Assembly (NCBI GenBank): GCA_027371715.1
Contig: DAHXMM010000003.1
Span: 30,758 to 94,757 of the forward strand
DNA length: 64,000 bases
Direction of reading: 5' to 3'
Source of the DNA: Elusimicrobiota bacterium
GTDB lineage: Bacteria; Elusimicrobiota; Elusimicrobia; UBA1565; UBA9628
Position numbers and translations under genes: made by a program. The notes under the pieces are model-generated. The model had not been told where the DNA came from. It worked only from the letters and a program-made list of their open reading frames with translations, and did not search any database. Below are positions 49,991 to 58,964 of this stretch, piece after piece (the stretch's first letter is position 1; every line of letters begins with the position of its first letter).

Positions 49991-50833
49991 GTGCTTTCGC
50001 CATTCGTATATTTGTTGCTTTCCTCCTCGGTTTTTGCGACAAAGGCCCGAGCTTTAGAAAATTCTTCTCCGCTCGCTCTCTATTCCTTATGGCCTGGTTC
50101 TCCATCTCCCGTTCCGCTTCCCGGCCCTTGGGATCAAGAACCGCTTCCAGCCTTTCGCCCGCCCGCGGCCGAAACCGCTTCCACAAATCAGGCTATTTTT
50201 ATCCGCTTGAAATTGAGCCTGAAAACAAAAAAAAATCTAAAAGACTCCTTGATTGATTTGGGAACGGAGACGGGTTTTCGCCCCGACGCCCGTTTTGACC
50301 CGGTCGTGGATGGACAAGAGCAAAAAGCCTTCGTTTGGGGATGGCTGTCGCCGTCTCGAATCAGCCAGATGACCCGCTTTCCCGCAGTCGAGAAAATATC
50401 CTTTTCCGATCACCGGCGCGGAAAAATTCCAATGAACGCCACGGAAAGCCTGATTGTGGGGTTAAAAGTTGATTCTTCCATTTCCAAAACACTGTCCAAA
50501 GACCTCCCACGCCTCATTCATAAGACGGGATTTAAAATTCAAAAAACAATTGGCTATCAGCCCATTCCCCAATCCGATAAGATTGCGATTCTATTCTTAG
50601 GACAGATCCCCATATCGGACATTGATCGCCTTCTCAACCAGCCTTATGTCGTTAAGGTCCTGCCGCTCATGCCAAAATCCAAGGGGGATTCTTTCCGCAA
50701 CGTTCAAGCGCCATCTCCTAAATCCGTTTCTCTCCCTGAAAAACTGACGCTCTGGGGCGGCGCTTTAGGGCTCGTTCTCGGATGCCTTTCCTTTTACCTC
50801 TTATTTCTAATCCGGAAAAAGGCTTCTTCTTAA
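49991..50833 (+). CDS. hypothetical secreted protein with C-terminal TM anchor
   Basis: GTG start, signal-like N-terminus, and a C-terminal hydrophobic helix (LWGGALGLVLGCLSFYLLFLI). Confidence 0.4.
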   Translation: MLSPFVYLLLSSSVFATKARALENSSPLALYSLWPGSPSPVPLPGPWDQEPLPAFRPPAAETASTNQAIFIRLKLSLKTKKNLKDSLIDLGTETGFRPDARFDPVVDGQEQKAFVWGWLSPSRISQMTRFPAVEKISFSDHRRGKIPMNATESLIVGLKVDSSISKTLSKDLPRLIHKTGFKIQKTIGYQPIPQSDKIAILFLGQIPISDIDRLLNQPYVVKVLPLMPKSKGDSFRNVQAPSPKSVSLPEKLTLWGGALGLVLGCLSFYLLFLIRKKASS

Positions 50834-50850
50834 AGCGCCATCGGCTCAAA

Positions 50851-51609
50851 ATGAAAAGACGTTTCTCGGCGGCTCTCTTGCTCGGAATAATCCTCGGCTT
50901 GGGCGGGGAAGCTCTCCTTTTGTCAAAAGCCGCGGTTTCTCATTTTTCGGGGAATTTAAAAAACAGTTTCCGCGTTCTTTTTTTCATGCCGGAAAAATCT
51001 TCCGCCCAAACGCTTCTTGAAGCCCAAAAATCAATCATGAATGTTTCCGGAACGAAATCCGCAACCCCCATATCCCAGGAAAAAGCCCTTTCCCTCCTCA
51101 AAAAAACAGACCCCGAACTCGCGCAAAATCTATCCTTTTTGTCCCAAAACCCGATCGAGCCCGCCATCGAAGCGACTCTCACCGAACAAGGTCTTCTCTC
51201 TTTCTCCTCCTGGATGGACAAAGCCTCTTCCATTGGAAAGTGGACCGAAACCCGCTACCAACCGGAATATCTCAAATCCATTTTGAGGCTAGAATTGTAT
51301 CTGCGTTTTATCAGCGTTTCCCTGACCGCGCTTCTGTGCTTGGCCGCTCTCATCGTAATCCTTGGAATTCTCCTTCCGCTTATGACTCTCTCCAAGCATT
51401 CGCCTCATAAAATCGCGGGATTTCTCTCTCTGAGCGCAAAAACTTTCGGCGTCTCCATGATGGGCGTATGCCTAGGAGGAATTTTTTCAATTTCTTTTGC
51501 CATCCCCCTGGCCCGCGCCGTTTCATGGTGGATATGGCCGTCTCTCTTCACACAAGGAATTTTCCTCTTGCCCGCCGCGACCGCTTGCGCGATTTTATGC
51601 GTTTGGTGA
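50851..51609 (+). CDS. FtsX-like permease family protein
   Basis: Start chosen at MKRRFSAALLLGIIL. The topology is TM1, a ~110-aa periplasmic domain with NPIEPAIE (compare FtsX NPLP), then three TM helices. Confidence 0.55.
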   Translation: MKRRFSAALLLGIILGLGGEALLLSKAAVSHFSGNLKNSFRVLFFMPEKSSAQTLLEAQKSIMNVSGTKSATPISQEKALSLLKKTDPELAQNLSFLSQNPIEPAIEATLTEQGLLSFSSWMDKASSIGKWTETRYQPEYLKSILRLELYLRFISVSLTALLCLAALIVILGILLPLMTLSKHSPHKIAGFLSLSAKTFGVSMMGVCLGGIFSISFAIPLARAVSWWIWPSLFTQGIFLLPAATACAILCVW

Positions 51610-52706
51610 TAATTTCAGCTTTCCTTTTCTTTGTTCCCGAACTCCAAGCTAAACCCATCGGACGGAAACTCGGCGAAATCAAAAAAGAAATTCTTGAAAC
51701 TCGGCGGGAAATCAGCCGCTATCAAAAAATGGAAACCAACCTAAAAAAAGACGCGGAATTTCTCAAACACAAAAATCTGGCCAATCAAAAAGCTCTCGCT
51801 CGCTTGTTTGCCCTCGAACAATCAATCAAAACCAAGGAACAAGAACTCACCCTCCAACTAGAATCCCTTCAAGAAGATTCTGAATTTTGGTCCCAGGAAC
51901 TCAAAAAGAATTTACGAACCTATTTCGCCGATCTTGAAATCGGCCAAGGATATCAAGGCGCGCATTTTCTCCAACAAGAAGAATTTTTGCGCTTTTCGCT
52001 CATGAATGAAGCCGCCATGCTCAAGGCTCTTGGCGGAAGCGCGCGAAAAACAGCCCAAGCCAAACAAAAAACAGACGCGGCTAAATTGGGAATCATCGCC
52101 CAAACCCGAAGAACCTTCGTGCAAAATCAAAAATTATCCGTTTCCTATGCCCAGAAAAAATCTCTCATCAATAACATCAACGAAAAAAAGTCGGAAGCTC
52201 TCAAGAAAGAAAAAAAACTGGAGGAATCAGAAAAAGCTCTGACCCTTCTCTTGAAAAAATTTAATCACCGGAAGACGCTGCGGCATTTCCGGGTGTCTCC
52301 TCATCCCTTCACCCACATAAAACCCCATTCTCTGCCCTGGCCCGCGCGCGGGAAAATCGTCGAATTTTTTGGAAAGCAAAAAAATGTAGAGCTGGGAACT
52401 TGGGCCATTCACCAAGGAATTCTCCTTAAAACCGCCGCTCATTCTCCGGTCCGAAGCGTCGCCGCGGGACGAGTCATCTTCGCCGCTCCTTTTCGCTCTT
52501 ATGGGCAAATCGTCATCGTCGATTGCGGATACGAATTTTTCGCCATCTATGGACATCTGGGTTCTATTTCAACGACCGCCGGTTCTTTGGTTGGACTCAG
52601 ACAAATCATCGGAACAAGCTCGCCCTATTCTGATTCTGGAAATTTATATTTTGAACTGCGCCAGAAAACGACCGCGCTCAATCCGCTCACCTGGCTGAAA
52701 AGGTAA
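51597..52706 (+). CDS. EnvC-like coiled-coil protein with degenerate M23/LytM domain
   Basis: Start chosen at MRLVIISAFLFFVPELQA (signal peptide). A long coiled coil precedes a C-terminal LytM fold whose metal ligands are replaced (HQGILL, VDCGYEFFAIYGHL, LYFELR). Confidence 0.65.
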   Translation: MRLVIISAFLFFVPELQAKPIGRKLGEIKKEILETRREISRYQKMETNLKKDAEFLKHKNLANQKALARLFALEQSIKTKEQELTLQLESLQEDSEFWSQELKKNLRTYFADLEIGQGYQGAHFLQQEEFLRFSLMNEAAMLKALGGSARKTAQAKQKTDAAKLGIIAQTRRTFVQNQKLSVSYAQKKSLINNINEKKSEALKKEKKLEESEKALTLLLKKFNHRKTLRHFRVSPHPFTHIKPHSLPWPARGKIVEFFGKQKNVELGTWAIHQGILLKTAAHSPVRSVAAGRVIFAAPFRSYGQIVIVDCGYEFFAIYGHLGSISTTAGSLVGLRQIIGTSSPYSDSGNLYFELRQKTTALNPLTWLKR

Positions 52707-52715
52707 AATAAAAAA

Positions 52716-54044
52716 ATGAATAACTCCTTAAAAAAAACGGCCCGGGCTGGTTTCTTCGCTTTTCTCTTAAGCCTTGCCCTTTCCCCCTCCCTGAAAAGCC
52801 AGGTGGTTATTTCCTCTTCTCCCCGGCAAACACTCTCAGGCGATGAGACTTATAAAAAAATAAAAACCCTCGTTGATGTCCTTCACTATATTCGCGAAGA
52901 TTATGTCGATCCGGTATCAACCAAGCAATTAATGGACGGGGCCTTATCGGGAATGGTAGACACCCTGGACCCTTTTTCTCAATATCTGGGGGTCGAAGCG
53001 GCGGGAGAAATGGACACCGAAACCAAAGGTCATTTCGACGGAGTCGGCCTCCAGCTCAACGTGGATGGCGATTGGCTGACCGTCATCACCCCTATTCCCG
53101 GAACCCCCGCCTACAGCGCCGGCATTTTACCCGGAGATCGCTTGTCTTCGGTCAACGGTGAAAGCACCAAGGACGACACCTTGGACGGAATCCAAAAAGA
53201 TTTACGCGGAAAACCCGGAAGCCACGTCATCATCACGGTCTTGAGAAAAACGCAGGAGGGCAACTCTGAAATTTGGAAGCCCCTCAGTTTTACGCTAGAA
53301 AGGAAAGCCATTAAAATAGAAAGCGTCCACTCCCGAATGCTACCCAATCATATCGGATACATTCGAATCGTAGAATTTAACGCCAACACCGCCAAGGACG
53401 TCTTGGTCGCCCTCAACGCCTTGAAGAAAGACGGAATGGCGAGCCTCATTTTAGATCTCAGAAATAATCCCGGAGGGCTTTTATCAGCCGCCGTTCAAAT
53501 TGCCTCTTATTTTCTCCCCGGAAAAAAACTCATCGTCTATACACAAGGAAGAAAACCGGACGACCGCGAGGAATTTAGAAGTTTTGAAACCGCTCCTTTT
53601 CCTCATCTTCCGATGATTGTCTTGGTCAACGGCGGGTCCGCCTCGGCGGCGGAAATAGTCTCGGGAGCTCTTCAAGACAATCGCCGATCTCTTCTCATTG
53701 GAATGCGCACCTACGGAAAAGCCAGCGTCCAATCCATTATTCCTCTTGATGATGGGTCAAGCCTGAGGCTCACCATCGCGCGCTACTATACCCCCTCCGG
53801 AAGATCCATTCAACGCAATGAAAAAACCCATACCGGCGGGATTTTACCTGACATCGTAGTCAAGGTGCCGCCCGCTATTGAAGCCAAACTCTATGATCAA
53901 TGGGATATGATTTACGCCAAAAATCAAAAACCCCATTCAATGATTGAGAAGAAATACCGCGTCCCGGACGAAACCCTCAACCGCGCCGAGGAAATTCTCA
54001 AAGCCCAAAACGTTTTAGAGCCGCAAGGAAACGCAAGTCCGTGA
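52716..54044 (+). CDS. ctpA: carboxy-terminal processing protease CtpA (S41)
   Basis: A PDZ segment (GILPGDRLSSVNG) followed by the S41 core (LILDLRNNPGGLL, VNGGSASAAEIVSGALQD, TYGKASVQ). Confidence 0.85.
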   Translation: MNNSLKKTARAGFFAFLLSLALSPSLKSQVVISSSPRQTLSGDETYKKIKTLVDVLHYIREDYVDPVSTKQLMDGALSGMVDTLDPFSQYLGVEAAGEMDTETKGHFDGVGLQLNVDGDWLTVITPIPGTPAYSAGILPGDRLSSVNGESTKDDTLDGIQKDLRGKPGSHVIITVLRKTQEGNSEIWKPLSFTLERKAIKIESVHSRMLPNHIGYIRIVEFNANTAKDVLVALNALKKDGMASLILDLRNNPGGLLSAAVQIASYFLPGKKLIVYTQGRKPDDREEFRSFETAPFPHLPMIVLVNGGSASAAEIVSGALQDNRRSLLIGMRTYGKASVQSIIPLDDGSSLRLTIARYYTPSGRSIQRNEKTHTGGILPDIVVKVPPAIEAKLYDQWDMIYAKNQKPHSMIEKKYRVPDETLNRAEEILKAQNVLEPQGNASP

Positions 54045-55078
54045 AGGTTTTAGGAATCGAAACCTCTTGCGATGAAACCTCCGCCGCGGTCGTCGATGAC
54101 CGGAGAGGAATTTTATCCAATGTCGTCATCTCTCAAATTCCCCTTCACCGCCCCTACCAAGGCGTTGTTCCGGAACTGGCTTCACGAACTCATTTCAAAA
54201 AGATAGCGCCGGTCATCAAAGAAGCTTGCCTAAAGGCCAAAATAAAAAAACCAGACGCCGTCGCCTTTACCCAAGGCCCGGGGCTGATGGGTTCTCTCTT
54301 AGTCGGAAGAGTCGCGGCGGAAACCTTGGGGCGGCTTTGGAATTGTCCGGTCGTGGGCATCAACCATCTTGAGGGCCACATTTTCGCAGCCGAGCTGGAA
54401 GAAAAATTACGCTTTCCGCTTCTCGCACTGATTGTTTCGGGAGGGCATACCGATTTAGTTCTGTCTTTTAAACCTGGAAAATACCGGGTTTTAGGCCGCA
54501 CCCGGGATGACGCCGCCGGGGAGTGTTACGACAAAGCCGCTAAAATTTTAGGGTTGGGATATCCCGGCGGTCCCATCATGGATAAACGGGCTCAAAATGG
54601 GGACAAAAATTCAATTTTCTTTCCGCGGCCTTATCTTGAGGGAAGTTTTGATTTTTCCTTTTCCGGGCTTAAAACTTCGCTTCTCTATTACGTCAACCAA
54701 CGCCTGAAGCGATCGATGAACGCAAAGATTAAAGAATCCCCTAAGCCTGTTTTTAAGCCTCAAGAAACGGCGGACCTTTGCGCTTCTTTTCAGGAGGCCA
54801 TTTGCGAAACCTTGACGCGAAAGACCATCTTCGCCGCGAAAACGTTCGGCGTTCGGCAAATCGTGGTGGGCGGAGGGGTTTCCGCCAACAGCCGCCTGCG
54901 AGAAATGCTCACCTCCCAATGCGTAAAAGAAAAAATCTCCCTTCGCCTCTCAAATCCAAAACTTTGCACCGACAATGGGGCGATGATCGCGCAAGTGGCT
55001 ATTCACAAACTCAAGTCCAAATTCAAAATCGGACCGGCCCCCAGCGATCCCGCATTGCCGTTTAAAAATTGGGCCTAA
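54041..55078 (+). CDS. tsaD: tRNA N6-adenosine threonylcarbamoyltransferase
   Basis: GTG start. GIETSCDETS, NHLEGH and SGGHT motifs. Confidence 0.9.
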   Translation: MKVLGIETSCDETSAAVVDDRRGILSNVVISQIPLHRPYQGVVPELASRTHFKKIAPVIKEACLKAKIKKPDAVAFTQGPGLMGSLLVGRVAAETLGRLWNCPVVGINHLEGHIFAAELEEKLRFPLLALIVSGGHTDLVLSFKPGKYRVLGRTRDDAAGECYDKAAKILGLGYPGGPIMDKRAQNGDKNSIFFPRPYLEGSFDFSFSGLKTSLLYYVNQRLKRSMNAKIKESPKPVFKPQETADLCASFQEAICETLTRKTIFAAKTFGVRQIVVGGGVSANSRLREMLTSQCVKEKISLRLSNPKLCTDNGAMIAQVAIHKLKSKFKIGPAPSDPALPFKNWA

Positions 55079-56181
55079 AAACTAGCCAGCTTTTTAAGCC
55101 GGGGCAAAGGTTCCATCCCCAAACCCGCCCGCACTTTTGACAAATCGTAAAGGCCTCTGTGTCCGAGAGTCGGGCCCTTCCAGAGTTTTTGGGAAAACCA
55201 AAGGGGCGTGTCTAAATCAACGAAGCTGAAATCTCCCCTGCCGCAGGCAAAATGGGAAGAGCATGTCATCGCTAAAGCGGTCTCAATATTGCCGCCGATC
55301 ATCAATATTTTGCCCTTCTTCCGCGCCAATTCCGCGATGCGAATGTTTTCGATGATCCCGCATTTCATGAGCTTGATGTTGACGGCGGAAGGAAAAGGCC
55401 GGCGAAACAAATTCTGAACCGCTTTAAAACTGTAGGCCGACTCATCCGCGCAGACGGGAACCTTTCCGTGTTTTTCAACGTCGAAAAGCCCCTCCAAATC
55501 TTCTCTTTTCACCGGCTGTTCAAAAAGAGCGGGCACAATTTTTCTTTTTTTAAGGCGTAAAAGAAAATCAAGAGCTTTTTTGGCGGAATACCCCTGATTG
55601 GCGTCAATAATGAGCCTAGCCTTGGGGGCTTCGGCGACGACCGCCAAAACGCGCTTTTCATCCTCATCCAGTTCGCAGCCGACCTTGATTTTAATGGTCT
55701 CAACGCCCAAACGAGTAATTTTACGCGCGGCTAACCGCGCCTTTTGCGGAGAAATTAAAGTCACCGTCACATCCGAAAAAACCCTTTTTCTCGCGCCTCC
55801 TAAAAAAGACCTGAGAGAAATCTCTTGTGAACGAGTCCAAGCGTCTAAAATGGCCATTTGAACGGCCGCGCGGGCGGCCCCGCGTTCCGGCGGCATCCGC
55901 CGGTCCAATTTTTCAAGAAAAGAGTGGATATTGGAAAGGGGTTGCCCCTCTAAAAACGGAATCTGTTCGGACAAAGCGGAAAAGGTAAGCGTTTGGCTGT
56001 CTCCGTTAAAGGTGGTCGACGGGGCGCCTTCGCCGTATCCGACGGTCCCATCTTTAAGAATCACCCGCACCAAGACGTTGCTCGTCGCGGCTTGAGACCC
56101 GGAAGAAATAGGAAACGGCTCATTGAGAGGTTCATTCAGTTTGCGAATCAAAACTTTCGAGATAACGGGAGAAGCGCTCAT
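55075..56181 (-). CDS. dipeptide epimerase / enolase-superfamily (MR-MLE) enzyme
   Basis: IKIKVG, IIDANQGY, FEQP and CADES motifs mark the barrel metal ligands and catalytic Lys. Confidence 0.7.
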   Translation of the reverse strand: MSASPVISKVLIRKLNEPLNEPFPISSGSQAATSNVLVRVILKDGTVGYGEGAPSTTFNGDSQTLTFSALSEQIPFLEGQPLSNIHSFLEKLDRRMPPERGAARAAVQMAILDAWTRSQEISLRSFLGGARKRVFSDVTVTLISPQKARLAARKITRLGVETIKIKVGCELDEDEKRVLAVVAEAPKARLIIDANQGYSAKKALDFLLRLKKRKIVPALFEQPVKREDLEGLFDVEKHGKVPVCADESAYSFKAVQNLFRRPFPSAVNIKLMKCGIIENIRIAELARKKGKILMIGGNIETALAMTCSSHFACGRGDFSFVDLDTPLWFSQKLWKGPTLGHRGLYDLSKVRAGLGMEPLPRLKKLASF

Positions 56182-57080
56182 TGCGGGATCAAAAGAATTT
56201 GGGCGAGTTCGCCTAATCTTTCGCTGTTTAAATTTAAGCCCGCGTTCTGATAGACCGCCATCAAATTGCGCAAAAGCCGCATTAGAATATAGGAGTTCGA
56301 GACCGGTCTGAGAACGCTCGGATCGTAGCTAAATCCATTTTGAGCCAGACGCCGGCGCATTCCGGAAACGTCCAAGACCTTGTTTAAAATAGGGTCCCAA
56401 AATAAGGATGGGCGCCCCAGACCGACGATAAAATGCCCGGGAAGACCAATTCCAAAAGCCGGAATTTTAAGCCTCCGCGCTAATGTAAGGAAAAGGATGG
56501 ACAGGCTTAAGGGCGTACCCCGCCTCATCTCGATCACCCGATTGAGATAATTGTTGTCCGGGTCGTAATAATTCTCCTCGTTAAGACGGAAACCCATGGC
56601 GGTAGAAAGAAAAGAGTGAAGGCGCTTAAAAGCCATGGTCGGTTTTTCAAGTCGGGAAATATCGCCTTGAATTTTCGCGGCCACTCGGTCCAGCCATTTG
56701 CGATACACCTTCTCATCAAGCATGGGATAGGCGAAACGTGCGATGAGAAACGCCCCCTTTTCCAAGTCTTTTTTATTCTCGCTTAAGCGCGCGAATTTCT
56801 CAAATTCCCTTTTAAGTTCTCCAAAGGCGATGTCGGAAATAAGCCCCTGGGCTTTTTGAAAAAGCGGCGGATGGGAACGCTCTAAATCCATAAGATAGGG
56901 AAGCATCGGCCTTCCAATTTTGAGAATATGATCCCGCACCAAGGACGCGCTTTTGGGCTCCTCATCCTCAAGGAGTAAGGCCAGGCTCCGCAAATTGCGG
57001 CTTTTCGCTTTACTGCTCGCGCCGAGAGGTTTTATCCGATTCATCATCCATATTGTATCCCCTCCGGCGATGGATTTCAA
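56178..57080 (-). CDS. SirB1-like transglutaminase-fold/TPR family protein (UPF0162-like)
   Basis: GTPLSLSILFLTLARRLKIPAFGIGLPGHFIV is characteristic of this family. Confidence 0.5.
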   Translation of the reverse strand: MKSIAGGDTIWMMNRIKPLGASSKAKSRNLRSLALLLEDEEPKSASLVRDHILKIGRPMLPYLMDLERSHPPLFQKAQGLISDIAFGELKREFEKFARLSENKKDLEKGAFLIARFAYPMLDEKVYRKWLDRVAAKIQGDISRLEKPTMAFKRLHSFLSTAMGFRLNEENYYDPDNNYLNRVIEMRRGTPLSLSILFLTLARRLKIPAFGIGLPGHFIVGLGRPSLFWDPILNKVLDVSGMRRRLAQNGFSYDPSVLRPVSNSYILMRLLRNLMAVYQNAGLNLNSERLGELAQILLIPQ

Positions 57081-58729
57081 TACGAACCTTGAAGAACGAT
57101 TTTTGCCGCCTCCGGCGCGTTTGAAGCGCTCAGCAAACCGGACAAAATTTTTCGCCCCGCAGCATCGTGGGTTAGGTCATAGACGAAAATCGAATTCCCG
57201 GCCACAAAGACGGGCGTTCGCTTCTTAAGCCAGGAAAAAAGATTTTTATCGACAAAATAGACCGCCTGTAGATTGGTTTGTGAAACGGCGAAAAAAAGCG
57301 GCCCGGACCTATTCGGGAGAGTCACCCCGTCCTTGCGGCTGACATCTGAAAAAAAGGCCAATGGGAAATAGTGAATCCCTTCGTAAGAGGGATCGGCGAC
57401 CCCGAAATAGGAAAGAACGATGGGTGGATTCCCGCGCTTTTTAAGCTCTTGGGCCAAATCCTTGAGCCCTTGCCCCCAGTCAAGATTAGAATCGGCTAAA
57501 ACGCGATAGCCGCCGGACGGCCCGTTCGTGAGTTCGTTAAAATAGACGAGATAATGGGGGTAGGCCCTCATCACGCTAAGAAAAGTCCAAAACGCTCCGG
57601 TCAAAACCGCGGCGGAAAACGCCGTTTTGGAGAAGCGAAGTTTTAGGTCTGACACCGCGCGTGCCGCGAGAACAATCATAAAGGGATAAATTGGAAGAAT
57701 ATGGCGGTATCCAATGTCGGTTTTGGAAATCAAAGCCGCGATAAAATAAGCGACCGGAGGCATGACCAGCCAAATTTCCCGCGCGGACGGACGCCTCAAG
57801 GCCGAGTAAAATCCAAAACCGGAGAAAAGGAGAAGCGGAATCGGGGTCTTGACCGCCAATGCCACCGGAAAAAAATCCCAAAATCCATTCTGGCTATAGC
57901 GCCCCAACAGAAAAGAGGGTCGGCCATGGCTGAGCCTCGTCAAGGTTTGAGAGAGCCCGGACCAATAAAGAGAAACGTCTCCAAAGCGATAAGCGGCAAA
58001 CAGAATCAAGGCCGCAAGAGGCAAGAAGATTAGAATTTGGGAAATAGTCGGCCGCCTCTTGGGAAGAACCCGGGCCTCGGTTAAAAGAGCGCTGACGATC
58101 ACAATCGGAAGAAGGATCATGCTGAATTTCGAGGCCAAGGCCCCGCCCAAGCATAACCCGGACAAACCCCAATCCATCAACCCGCGATTGGGGCGGGAAA
58201 GAAAAAAACAGGAGAGAAAATAAAAGACCGCCGGCATCGCGTCGGTGGTCGCCAAGGAAAAATTGGAAAAAATCGGCGGGCAAAAGGCGAGAAAAAAAGA
58301 AGCCGCGAGAAAGGCCCATTCGCCGCCTAAACTCCAAGACCACGCCAAAACCGCCGGAAACAGGATTAAAAGAAGACTGATTAAGTTCCAGGCCCGGGCG
58401 GAATTAAGAATTCGGGAAGGGTCGACGCGGTTTTTATAGATAAACTGATCCGCGAAAGGATAAAGCCTTCCAAAGTCCGGGCTTAAAACCATCGTCGAGG
58501 GATTGAGAAAAAGAAGCGGAAAAGCCTCCCACATTTCCGCGAGCGGCGGATGGTCCCGCCAGTTGAGAGGCGGAAAATCGGTTTTCAGCGCGAGGTATCC
58601 GCTCGCCAGGTGAACGGGTTCGTCGTAAGTCGCCGAGGAATCTCGAATTTGGGATAGCCCAAAGAAGGCCGCCGTCAAAAACCCGAAAACGGCAAACGCC
58701 CCCAAACCAATATTTCTCATCATTGACAC
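57077..58729 (-). CDS. GT-C fold glycosyltransferase (family 39/83, ArnT/PMT-like)
   Basis: A polytopic membrane protein. The first-loop acidic motif is SATYDEPVHLASGY. Confidence 0.65.
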   Translation of the reverse strand: MSMMRNIGLGAFAVFGFLTAAFFGLSQIRDSSATYDEPVHLASGYLALKTDFPPLNWRDHPPLAEMWEAFPLLFLNPSTMVLSPDFGRLYPFADQFIYKNRVDPSRILNSARAWNLISLLLILFPAVLAWSWSLGGEWAFLAASFFLAFCPPIFSNFSLATTDAMPAVFYFLSCFFLSRPNRGLMDWGLSGLCLGGALASKFSMILLPIVIVSALLTEARVLPKRRPTISQILIFLPLAALILFAAYRFGDVSLYWSGLSQTLTRLSHGRPSFLLGRYSQNGFWDFFPVALAVKTPIPLLLFSGFGFYSALRRPSAREIWLVMPPVAYFIAALISKTDIGYRHILPIYPFMIVLAARAVSDLKLRFSKTAFSAAVLTGAFWTFLSVMRAYPHYLVYFNELTNGPSGGYRVLADSNLDWGQGLKDLAQELKKRGNPPIVLSYFGVADPSYEGIHYFPLAFFSDVSRKDGVTLPNRSGPLFFAVSQTNLQAVYFVDKNLFSWLKKRTPVFVAGNSIFVYDLTHDAAGRKILSGLLSASNAPEAAKIVLQGSY

Positions 58730-58752
58730 GACTTATTTTATAATTTGAGACT

Positions 58753-58900
58753 GGGCGCATGACCACGGTCTCGGTTTTCAGACGCCGATATCGTAGCGTC
58801 ACCCCGACGGAAGTCGGGGTCCAGTTTCATGATATTGTTCTGGATTCCGGCTTTCGCCGCAACGGCGGAGGAAAAATTTCGAGATGGAGGTCATGCGCCC
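58753..58900. mobile_element. 148-bp MITE-like non-autonomous element
   Basis: Perfect 12-bp terminal inverted repeats GGGCGCATGACC / GGTCATGCGCCC, extendable to about 21 nt at 17/21. Flanking 9-bp direct repeats are TTTGAGACT (58744-52) and TTTGAGGCT (58901-09). An internal perfect hairpin is ACCCCGAC-GGAA-GTCGGGGT. Confidence 0.6.
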
Positions 58901-58964
58901 TTTGAGGCTTACGCTCTTGACAATGCGGTTAGGGACGCGTATCCTTATTCAGGGTCCGTTTAGA

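Noticed and set aside
58434-58802. 122-aa minus-strand ORF crossing the glycosyltransferase start and the MITE
   Set aside because: It overlaps the 5' end of the GT-C gene in another frame and runs into the inverted-repeat element. It has no RBS or motifs.
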